From NCBI GenBank assembly GCA_963828735.1, contig CAWHFW010000005.1, positions 2,336,001 to 2,400,000 of the forward strand: a stretch of DNA of 64,000 nt, given 5' to 3'. The number at the start of each line of letters is the position of its first letter. The first letter of the stretch is position 1. The DNA is from an uncultured Gemmatimonadales bacterium (GTDB lineage: Bacteria; Gemmatimonadota; Gemmatimonadetes; Gemmatimonadales; GWC2-71-9). The position numbers and the translations under genes are program-made. Positions 18,842 to 26,723 of this stretch are shown piece by piece. Under the pieces are notes generated by a model, which had not been told where the DNA came from, made no database searches, and saw nothing but the letters and a program-made list of their open reading frames with translations.

Positions 18842-21379
18842 CTACTCTCCGCGCAGCACCTCGAGCGGCGGGCGCCGAAGGACGTCGCGGCTGTTGGCCA
18901 GTCCCACGGCCACCGTGAGGGCGATGATGCCCGCGCCGAGGGCCGCGAGCGGCATCACCGGCAGGGCAAAGCGTCCGTCGAAGACGAACCGGGTCAGCGC
19001 CCAACCCGCCACGCCGGCGAGCACCAGTGCGACCAGCGCGGCGAGCGCGCCCAGCGAGAAGTATTCGGACAGCACGATGCTGAAGAGCTGCTTCCGGGTG
19101 GCGCCGAGCGTCCGGAGCAGGGCCCCTTCGCGGATACGCTGGAAGCGGCTGGTGGCGAGCGCGCCGACGAGCACCAGCGCGCCGGTCGCGAGCGTGAAGA
19201 GCGCCATGAAGCGGATGGCCAGGACCACGCGGTCGATGAGGCGCTCGAGCGTGACCTGTACGTTCGACAGGTCCAGGCTCGTGACGTTGGGCAGCCGCTC
19301 CGCGATGCGACGCTGCAGCGTCCCGCGCTCGGCAGGAGAGGCGACCCGCGTCAGCAGCAGTGCCGTCTGCGGGGCCGATTCGAGCGCACCCGGCGCGAAG
19401 ACGACGAAAAAGTTGGGCTCGAACCGCGCCCAGTCCACCTCCCGCAGGCTCGCGATCCGCGTGGTCAGCGGCACGCCCTGCACGTCCCACACGATCTCGT
19501 CCCCGACCCCCACTCCCAGCTCGCGCGCGACGTCGCGCTCCATGGAGATCTCGGTCGCGTGGGCGTCCGGGGTCCACCAGCGCCCCGCCACCAGCCGCTC
19601 TGACGGAACCAGGGAATCCCGGTAGGTCGAGCGGTATTCGCGGCGGACCGCCCAGTTGCCGGGACCGGGGCCGTCGTCGTCGCGGGCCGTGTCCGCGCGA
19701 GCGAGCGCGACCGGCCGACCCTTGAGGGACTGGATCCGCATCGGCACGATCGGCACCGGCCCGATCGCGTGATACCCACGGGCCCCGAGCTCGCGCTCGA
19801 CCGCGGCCACCTGATCGGTCTGAATGTCGAACAGGACGAGATTGGGGCGCTCGGGTCCGCCGGTGAGCCGGAGCGTGCGCATCAGGTTGTACTGCACCAG
19901 GAACAAGGTTCCGAGCAGGAAGGCGCCGAATCCGATGGCCAGGACGATGGTGGTCGTCTGGTTCGACGGACGGTGCAGGTTGGCCAGCCCCTGTCGCCAG
20001 ACATACGGCCACGCGCCCGGCAGCCAGCGCCGCGCCGCTCGGATGGCCGCCCACGAGACAACCCAGAGGACGACCAGCGCGCCGGCCACGCCCCCGGTGA
20101 AGATCGCACCCTGTCGCCAGCTGCCGACCTGATGCGCCGCGAGCGCCACCGTGCTGGCCGCGAGCACGGCCACGGCCGCGAGCCGCCACGGGTCCAGCCG
20201 GCGCCGCTCTGGCTCGACGTCACGTCGAAGCGCCGCGAGGGGCGGCACCCGCCGCACCGCCAGGAGGGGGATGAGCGCGAAGACCAGCGCCACCCAGAGC
20301 CCCGTGCCGACGCCGATGGCCACGGCGCCGGGGGACACCGCGGTGACGACGTCCACGGGCAAGAGCCCGGCCAGCAGCAGTGGCAGGAGGCGCTGGGCCG
20401 CCAAGCCGAGCGCCGCGCCGGCAGCGCCCCCGGCGAGACCCATCGTCGCCGCTTCGACGGTGTAGATCGCGAGCACCAGCATGGCACTCGCACCGAGGCA
20501 TCGGAGCACCGCGATCGTGTCGAGCCGCTGCCGGATGAATACCACGACCGCGCTCGCCACCCCGATACCGCCGAGCAACAGCGCGATGAGCCCGACGAGG
20601 CCGAGATAGCCGGCCAACCGTCCCAGCGCGTCGTTGAGATCACGCTGGTCCTCGGATACCGTGCGAACGGTGACCCTCTCGGGCCGCAACGCCGGCCGAT
20701 ACTCGCCGGCGAGCTGCTGCGGCGAGACGGAGGCGGGCAGCCGGACGAAGGCCTGGTATTCGGCGCGCGAGCCGAAGCCCAGCAGCCGGGTCGCGACGAG
20801 ATCGCGGGCGGCGATGTAGATGCGCGGGCCGAGCGCGGCCCGAATCCCGACGTCACCCGGGGCGTTGGTCACTACGCCGCTGATGACGAACCGCGTCTCA
20901 CCGAGGGCCAGCGTGTCGCCGGGGTGCGCGGCGAGGGCGGTCAGGAGCGATGGATCCACCACGACCCGCCCGCCTCCCTGGAGGTCGCGCCAGGCGGCGG
21001 CCGGCTGGGTGCGGAGCTCGCCATAGAAGGGATAGCCCGCCTCCACGGCGGCGACCTGCACGAGCCGCGTACCGCTCGTCCGGGGCACGTAGGCCATGCC
21101 GCCGAAGCTCGTGAGCCGGGCGATGGTGCCGCCACGCGCGCGCAGGGTGTCGAGCACCCGCTCGGCCGACGGCGGCAGTGGGCGACGACTCGAGAGCGCG
21201 AAGTCCGCGCCGAGGAGACCGCGCGCCTGCGTGCGCACGGACTCGCGGAGGTTGTCGGTGAACGATCCGATGGCCACGAGCGCGGCCACGCCGATCGCGA
21301 CCGAGCCCGTGAGGAGGAGCAACCGCCGCGGCGCCGCGCGCATCTCGCGCGCGGCCATGCGGAGCACGAACAGGATCAC
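18842..21379 (-). CDS. ybbP: YbbP-like ABC permease (two FtsX domains)
   Basis: LLGAD, YPFYG, LRCLGA, NFFVVF, LRTLGA. Confidence 0.85.
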   Translation of the reverse strand: MILFVLRMAAREMRAAPRRLLLLTGSVAIGVAALVAIGSFTDNLRESVRTQARGLLGADFALSSRRPLPPSAERVLDTLRARGGTIARLTSFGGMAYVPRTSGTRLVQVAAVEAGYPFYGELRTQPAAAWRDLQGGGRVVVDPSLLTALAAHPGDTLALGETRFVISGVVTNAPGDVGIRAALGPRIYIAARDLVATRLLGFGSRAEYQAFVRLPASVSPQQLAGEYRPALRPERVTVRTVSEDQRDLNDALGRLAGYLGLVGLIALLLGGIGVASAVVVFIRQRLDTIAVLRCLGASAMLVLAIYTVEAATMGLAGGAAGAALGLAAQRLLPLLLAGLLPVDVVTAVSPGAVAIGVGTGLWVALVFALIPLLAVRRVPPLAALRRDVEPERRRLDPWRLAAVAVLAASTVALAAHQVGSWRQGAIFTGGVAGALVVLWVVSWAAIRAARRWLPGAWPYVWRQGLANLHRPSNQTTTIVLAIGFGAFLLGTLFLVQYNLMRTLRLTGGPERPNLVLFDIQTDQVAAVERELGARGYHAIGPVPIVPMRIQSLKGRPVALARADTARDDDGPGPGNWAVRREYRSTYRDSLVPSERLVAGRWWTPDAHATEISMERDVARELGVGVGDEIVWDVQGVPLTTRIASLREVDWARFEPNFFVVFAPGALESAPQTALLLTRVASPAERGTLQRRIAERLPNVTSLDLSNVQVTLERLIDRVVLAIRFMALFTLATGALVLVGALATSRFQRIREGALLRTLGATRKQLFSIVLSEYFSLGALAALVALVLAGVAGWALTRFVFDGRFALPVMPLAALGAGIIALTVAVGLANSRDVLRRPPLEVLRGE

Positions 21380-22044
21380 GCGGCGGTGTCGGCCACGATG
21401 GCCCCGTCGGCGAGTCGGATGGTGCGCCGGGCTCGGCCGGCGAGGTCGAGATCGTGGGTCACCAGCAGCAGCGTCGTGCCGAGGTCCCGGTTCAGCTCCG
21501 TCATGAGGTCGATGATGGTGGCGCCCGTGCGGGCGTCGAGATTGCCGGTCGGCTCGTCCGCCAGGAGGACCTTGGGCCGCGTGCTGAACGCGCGGGCGAG
21601 CGCCACCCGTTGCTGCTCGCCGCCCGAGAGCTGCGCGGGATAGTGATGCCCGCGGTCCCCGAGCCCCACCCGGGTGAGCAGCTCCGTCGCGCGATCGGCG
21701 GACTCTTCGCCCCTGAGCTCGAGCGGCACCTGCACGTTCTCACGCGCGGTCAGCGTCGGGATGAGCTGAAACGACTGGAAGACGAACCCGATCTTTTCGG
21801 CGCGGAGCCTCGCGCGCCGGTCCTCATCGAGGGCGCCCAACTCCTGGCCGTCGAGGTGCACGGTACCCGCCGATGGGCGGTCGAGCCCGGCGAGCAGTCC
21901 GAGCAGGGTCGTCTTCCCGCTCCCCGATGGTCCCACGATGGCGACGAACGCGCCCGGCTCCACCGTGAAGCTGATATCCTTCAGCACCGTGAGCCGGCGT
22001 CCGCCGGAGAGATAGGTCTTGGTGAGTGAGGCGCAGCGCAGCAT
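21376..22044 (-). CDS. ybbA: YbbA-like ABC ATP-binding protein
   Basis: GPSGSGKT, LSGGEQQR, ADEPTGNLD. Confidence 0.9.
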   Translation of the reverse strand: MLRCASLTKTYLSGGRRLTVLKDISFTVEPGAFVAIVGPSGSGKTTLLGLLAGLDRPSAGTVHLDGQELGALDEDRRARLRAEKIGFVFQSFQLIPTLTARENVQVPLELRGEESADRATELLTRVGLGDRGHHYPAQLSGGEQQRVALARAFSTRPKVLLADEPTGNLDARTGATIIDLMTELNRDLGTTLLLVTHDLDLAGRARRTIRLADGAIVADTAA

Positions 22045-22051
22045 GACGTCA

Positions 22052-22720
22052 ATGATAGTCCGGTGGGGGTGGATCGGTCTGATCGCGGCGGCGATCCTCG
22101 GGTGCGATCGCGATTCATCGCCCCCGGCATCCCCGCCTCCCCCACCGGCCGATGGGAGCCGCGGTCGAGTGGTCTTCCTCGGGACGAGTCTCACCGCGGG
22201 GTTGGGCCTCGATCCGTCCGACGCCTATCCCACGCTGCTGCAGCGGAAGATCGATTCCGCGGGCCTCGCCTTCACGACGGTCAATGCCGGCGTGAGCGGC
22301 GAAACGTCCGCGGGCGCCCGGCATCGCATCGACTGGCTCATGAGCCAGCCGGTTTCGGTGCTGGTCATCGAGACGGGCGCGAACGACGGGCTCCGAGGGC
22401 TCGACGTCGACACGCTCCGGGCCAACATCCAGGCCATCATCGATCGCGCGCGCACGCAACAGCCCCCGCCGCGGATCATCCTGGTGGGCATGCGGGCCCT
22501 GCCCAACTACGGATTGCAGTACGTGCGGCGATTCAAGGCGGTCTATCCCGAACTGGCCAAGCAGAACCAGGTGCCGCTCGTGCCGTTCCTGCTGGAGGGC
22601 GTAGCTGGCGTGGACTCGCTCAACCAGGCGGACATGATGCATCCCACCGCGGCAGGCCAGCGGCGAGTGGCGGAGACGATCTGGCCGGTGCTCGAGGGGG
22701 TCCTGCGAGGTCAGCGATAA
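22052..22720 (+). CDS. tesA: SGNH arylesterase/thioesterase, lipoprotein
   Basis: GTSLTAG, GVSGETS, GANDG, DMMHP; ILGC lipobox; divergent from ybbA. Confidence 0.85.
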   Translation: MIVRWGWIGLIAAAILGCDRDSSPPASPPPPPADGSRGRVVFLGTSLTAGLGLDPSDAYPTLLQRKIDSAGLAFTTVNAGVSGETSAGARHRIDWLMSQPVSVLVIETGANDGLRGLDVDTLRANIQAIIDRARTQQPPPRIILVGMRALPNYGLQYVRRFKAVYPELAKQNQVPLVPFLLEGVAGVDSLNQADMMHPTAAGQRRVAETIWPVLEGVLRGQR

Positions 22721-22734
22721 GAACCGACGTCCAC

Positions 22735-23937
22735 CTACTGCACCAACTCTCCCAGCACGTTCGCGACCGTTTCGATCTCCCCCGCTGTGTTGTAGTAATG
22801 CGGCGAGATCCTGAGCGCCGAGGCCGCGCCCTTGGCGTCCATGTCGATCACCGCGTCTTCTCGCGCGGGTGAGCTGGTGTTGATCCCGCGGGCCCGAAGC
22901 GCCAGCTTCACGCCCTCGCCGGCGTGTCCCGCCGGATCCACCGTCACAATCGCACACAGATCGGCGCCCCGATCGAGCAGCCGAACGCCGGGGATCCGGG
23001 CCAGGCATTCCCTGGCGTAGCCGGCGAGCGCGCCCGAGCGGGCGTGGGCGGCCTCGATGCCGACGGTGTCGAGCGCGTAGCGCACCGCGGCCCCCAGGCC
23101 GAGGACCAGCGCGTAGGCGATCTCCCAGGATTCGAATCGGCGCGCATCGGGCGTGAGCGTGAAGCGATCCGGGTCGGTCCAGGTCGCGCCGTGCATGTCC
23201 ACCAGCAGCGGATATGCGCCGGCCGCGAGCGCCCGGTCGGCGACGTAGAGAAAGCCGACGCCTCGCGGCCCCCGGAGGAACTTGCGAGCCGTAGCCGCGA
23301 AGTAGTCGCATCCGATGGCGGCCACATCCACTGGAAGCTGCCCGACGGCCTGGCAGGCATCCACGAGGTACGGCACGTCCGCTGCCCGGCACACGTCGCC
23401 TACGGCCGCGACGTCCTGGACCAGGCCGGAGTTGGTGGGCACCCAGGTGAGCGCGACCAGGGTCGGCCGGCGCCGGTGCACGAGCTCACGAACGGCCTCC
23501 GGGTCCACGCCCCCAGCCGGCAAGTCGGGTGCGCGGACGATCTCGACCCCGAGCCGCTGGGCGAGGGACAGGTACATGATCTGGTTCGAGGCGTAATCGG
23601 CGCGGCTGGTGAGGATCGAATCTCCGTGAGCGAAGTCGAACGCTCCGAGCGCCTGGGCGAAGGCGATCGTCGAATTCTGGGTGAGGGCGATATTTCGCCG
23701 GTGGGCACCGATCAGACGGCCCAGGTCATCGCCGACCTGCTGCAGGGCGTCCGCCCGGGCCTCGGCGGCCTCATAGGCGCCGAGCTCGTCCTCGAGATCG
23801 AGGTGGGCATCCACCGCCTCGCGCACGGCCGTGGGGACCAGGGCCGCACCGGCGTTGTTGAAGTGGATTCGGCGCTCGCAGCCTGGGGTGTCTGCTCGCC
23901 AACGGGTGAGCTGGGGATGGTCGGCAGGGGCGGTCAC
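22735..23937 (-). CDS. Class V PLP-dependent aminotransferase-fold enzyme
   Basis: HFNNAG, DACQAVGQ, TARKFLRGP, RISPHYYN. Confidence 0.88.
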   Translation of the reverse strand: MTAPADHPQLTRWRADTPGCERRIHFNNAGAALVPTAVREAVDAHLDLEDELGAYEAAEARADALQQVGDDLGRLIGAHRRNIALTQNSTIAFAQALGAFDFAHGDSILTSRADYASNQIMYLSLAQRLGVEIVRAPDLPAGGVDPEAVRELVHRRRPTLVALTWVPTNSGLVQDVAAVGDVCRAADVPYLVDACQAVGQLPVDVAAIGCDYFAATARKFLRGPRGVGFLYVADRALAAGAYPLLVDMHGATWTDPDRFTLTPDARRFESWEIAYALVLGLGAAVRYALDTVGIEAAHARSGALAGYARECLARIPGVRLLDRGADLCAIVTVDPAGHAGEGVKLALRARGINTSSPAREDAVIDMDAKGAASALRISPHYYNTAGEIETVANVLGELVQ

Positions 23938-24587
23938 GCAGTACCCCCGGGGCGGCCTTGGGTCCACGATTCGAGCTCCGCGACGCCTTTCTTCCACTGC
24001 TGCTCGAATACTGCCGCGCCACTGTCTTGACCACCATCCTTCAGCGCGAGAAGGATCTTGGCGTGAGGGAGGGTAGAGAGGGACAATCGGCCAGCCTCGC
24101 GCATATAGGCGGCCAGATAGCGGCGCGGGATCTGTCGGAGCGACGCGATCAGCTCGAGCAGCCGATGATTGGGGCACTGCTCGAGCAGGACGCCGTGCCA
24201 CTCGTCCTCGAGGTCCAGGCAGCGGGACACGTCGCCCCGGGTCTGCTCCAGCCGGCGATCGAGGGCGAGGAGCCGCGCCCGACGGGCTTCGTCGGGAGCG
24301 GGAGACAGCCGCAACGCGAGGGACTCGAGGACCCCGAGGATGGCGCCGACCTCGCGAAGCTCGACCGGACTGAGAGGACGGACGCGGAAGCCGCGCCCCA
24401 CGGTTGTATCGAGGACGCCTTCCCTGACGAGGCGGAGCAGAGCTTCGCGGACCGGGGTCCGGCTAACGCCGAGCTGCAGGGCGAGGGTCGCATCCCGTAC
24501 GCGAGAGCCAGCGGGGAGGTCGCCGCGCTGGACCTGAGTCACGATGGTGCGATAGACCTCGTCGCGGAGGGGGACACGAGAGATCAT
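23934..24587 (-). CDS. GntR-family regulator (FCD)
   Basis: LGVSRTPVREAL HTH; GAGGA RBS. Confidence 0.9.
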   Translation of the reverse strand: MISRVPLRDEVYRTIVTQVQRGDLPAGSRVRDATLALQLGVSRTPVREALLRLVREGVLDTTVGRGFRVRPLSPVELREVGAILGVLESLALRLSPAPDEARRARLLALDRRLEQTRGDVSRCLDLEDEWHGVLLEQCPNHRLLELIASLRQIPRRYLAAYMREAGRLSLSTLPHAKILLALKDGGQDSGAAVFEQQWKKGVAELESWTQGRPGGTA

Positions 24588-24602
24588 CTGGTCCTCACGA
24601 AA

Positions 24603-24638
24603 TGTATTGGGAATTATGTATTCCGTATACAATATACC
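24603..24638. promoter_or_regulatory. AT-rich GntR-type operator/promoter
   Basis: TGTATTGGGAATTATGTATTCCGTATACAATATAC with GTATAC core just upstream of gntR. Confidence 0.5.
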
Positions 24639-24694
24639 CAGACGTAAAATTCGCAACCACATTACACACTCCAGCCGCTCAGATCTCATCAGGC

Positions 24695-25711
24695 CTATCG
24701 AGGGAAGCCGCCAGGCTCGCCGGCCACGGGCGCGAGCGACGTCGGGGATACAGGCACCGCTACGGTGACGCTGCCGAAGCCCGCATTCGGCCGGTCGGCA
24801 TAGCGCAGGTCGATCAGGTGGACCAGCGAGCCGCCGTTCGGGCCGGCCTCGACCTGCACCGCAGGGAACCGAGCCCATCCCAGGAATCGCCGGCCGGCGG
24901 GCGTCGCGCGTGCGGCGGCGAGCGCCCGATCGTCCGTATGAGGCCGCGGTACGCTTCGGCGTGACGATGGATCGAGGTGCGGGTGTCCCAGCCAGCGAAA
25001 GGTGGCGAGCCGATAGGCGTCGCCCTGCGCCGCCACGACCTGTCGCACCAGCGGAGTGACGGGTCGCGGTGCCACCATCAACCGCTCGACCGCGGTGCCG
25101 TCCGCCTCCAACTCCCGTCGCGTGATGTCCCGCGAGGCCACACCCAGGAGCAGCATGACGGCGACGTACGCCGTCGCCACGCAGAGCGCCACTCGTGCGG
25201 GCCGGCCACCCTGGTCCACGTAGCCGCGCGCGGTGCGGCGCGGGCGGCCCAACAGGACGCCCGCCCCCAGAACGAGCCACAGCCAGGGATCGACGATGAA
25301 GAGCGTGTCGCCGTAGAACCAGTCGCCACGGAACGGCATCAGCCAGCGCATGCCGTACGTATTGAGCGTGTCCAGGAAGGGATGCGTAAGGATTGCGATG
25401 GCGGCGAGTCGGAGAATCTGACGGGGGACGACGCTCGACGGGAGGGACGCGCGCCCGAAGCGCCGCACGCCGCGATCGAGCAGCAGCATGGCGCCGGTCA
25501 GGACGAAGGGCAGTACGACGAGTCCGAGTATCCCGTGCGTCCAGCCGCGCCGGAAGGCGAGATCCGCCTCCGGCCCGCCGGCGTACGCGAGGACGTCGAT
25601 GTCGGGCAGGTTGGCGCCGATGAGCAGCGTCGCGGTGCCGAGGCCCGTGCGCCTCCCGACACCGGCGCGCGCCAGGGCGGCGCCGACCAGGGTATGGCAG
25701 ACCGGATCTAT
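24695..25711 (-). CDS. Membrane metal-dependent hydrolase (YdjM/YfhP-like), apparent ATA start
   Basis: (I)DPVCHTLVGA, NLPDID, RRGWTHG, THPFLDTLNTYG. Confidence 0.8.
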   Translation of the reverse strand: MDPVCHTLVGAALARAGVGRRTGLGTATLLIGANLPDIDVLAYAGGPEADLAFRRGWTHGILGLVVLPFVLTGAMLLLDRGVRRFGRASLPSSVVPRQILRLAAIAILTHPFLDTLNTYGMRWLMPFRGDWFYGDTLFIVDPWLWLVLGAGVLLGRPRRTARGYVDQGGRPARVALCVATAYVAVMLLLGVASRDITRRELEADGTAVERLMVAPRPVTPLVRQVVAAQGDAYRLATFRWLGHPHLDPSSRRSVPRPHTDDRALAAARATPAGRRFLGWARFPAVQVEAGPNGGSLVHLIDLRYADRPNAGFGSVTVAVPVSPTSLAPVAGEPGGFPR

Positions 25712-26136
25712 GCCAGCCTCGCGTCCAGCTCCATCTGCAGGTTGCCCTTGAGGGCTTGTGAGACGGGACAGCCTTCGCTGGCCTTCTGCGCGGCCGCCTC
25801 GAACCCGGCCTGGTCGAGGCCGGGGACCTGCCCACGAACCTCGAGCCGCATCTTGGTGATCCGGAACCCGTCACCCACCTTCTCGACGGTACACGACGCC
25901 TTGGTGCTGATGCGGGTGGCCGGCGTCTTCGCGGCCTCGAGGCCGGCGGAGAGTGCCATGCTCAGACAGGCTGCGTGCGCGGCGGCGATCAGTTCTTCCG
26001 GATTGGTACCTTTCGCGCTCTCGAACCGGGTCGCGAACGTGTAGTCCCCGCTGAAGGCGCCGGAGCCGGCGCTGAACTTTCCGTGTCCGTTGCGAAGGCC
26101 GCCTTCCCAGACGGCGCTCGAAGTACTGGTGCGCAC
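25708..26136 (-). CDS. osmC: OsmC peroxiredoxin
   Basis: AVWEG, GTNPEELIAAAHAAC, CPVSQAL; AAGGAG RBS. Confidence 0.92.
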   Translation of the reverse strand: MRTSTSSAVWEGGLRNGHGKFSAGSGAFSGDYTFATRFESAKGTNPEELIAAAHAACLSMALSAGLEAAKTPATRISTKASCTVEKVGDGFRITKMRLEVRGQVPGLDQAGFEAAAQKASEGCPVSQALKGNLQMELDARLA

Positions 26137-26167
26137 TGACGTCTCCTTCGTGGTGAGCCGTTTCGCG

Positions 26168-26659
26168 CTAAAGGGCGTAAGTAAAGCCGGTCGCGAGGCG
26201 GAACGGGCTGGTGTCGTTGACGAATGTCCAGCGAAACTCGAGGAACGGTTTGAGCCGCTGCTCCGGCGGGGCGGTGCTGATCCCGAAGAAGAGGTTGTAA
26301 CCAGTCTTGGTCTCGCCGCCGCCCGGATGATAGAAGGCGACGCCACCCCCCCCGTACAACCCACCCCCTTGGCCGAGGTGAATGGCCGCGTCGCCGTTGG
26401 CCTGCCACCCCATGTCGGCGTCCTTGGGGAAGAACAGGTCGCCGCTCGGACGGAGCTCGAGCCGCTTGCCCATCGGGATGCCGATCTGGCCGCCAATGCT
26501 CCAGGCGTGATTCTCGAAGTCCCGGCCGACGCGCGGGCCGACGGTGATCGGGCCATGGAGCAGCGAGCCGCCGCCACGTCGGTTCTGCGCAGTCGCGCGG
26601 GCGGGGACGAGCATGACAACGATCGCGCCCACGAGCGCGAGGCTACGCCAAACGTGCAT
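26168..26659 (-). CDS. Exported small outer-membrane beta-barrel-like protein
   Basis: Signal peptide, alternating aromatic/Gly strands, terminal GFTYAL. Confidence 0.6.
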   Translation of the reverse strand: MHVWRSLALVGAIVVMLVPARATAQNRRGGGSLLHGPITVGPRVGRDFENHAWSIGGQIGIPMGKRLELRPSGDLFFPKDADMGWQANGDAAIHLGQGGGLYGGGGVAFYHPGGGETKTGYNLFFGISTAPPEQRLKPFLEFRWTFVNDTSPFRLATGFTYAL

Positions 26660-26723
26660 CCGGTCTCCGGGATGGTGATGGAGCTGAAGAGTACTCGGGC
26701 GTGTGCGGCTCGGCTACGACCGA

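Noticed and set aside
22019..22060. Head-to-head abutting starts of ybbA and tesA
   Set aside because: Known arrangement, also seen in E. coli
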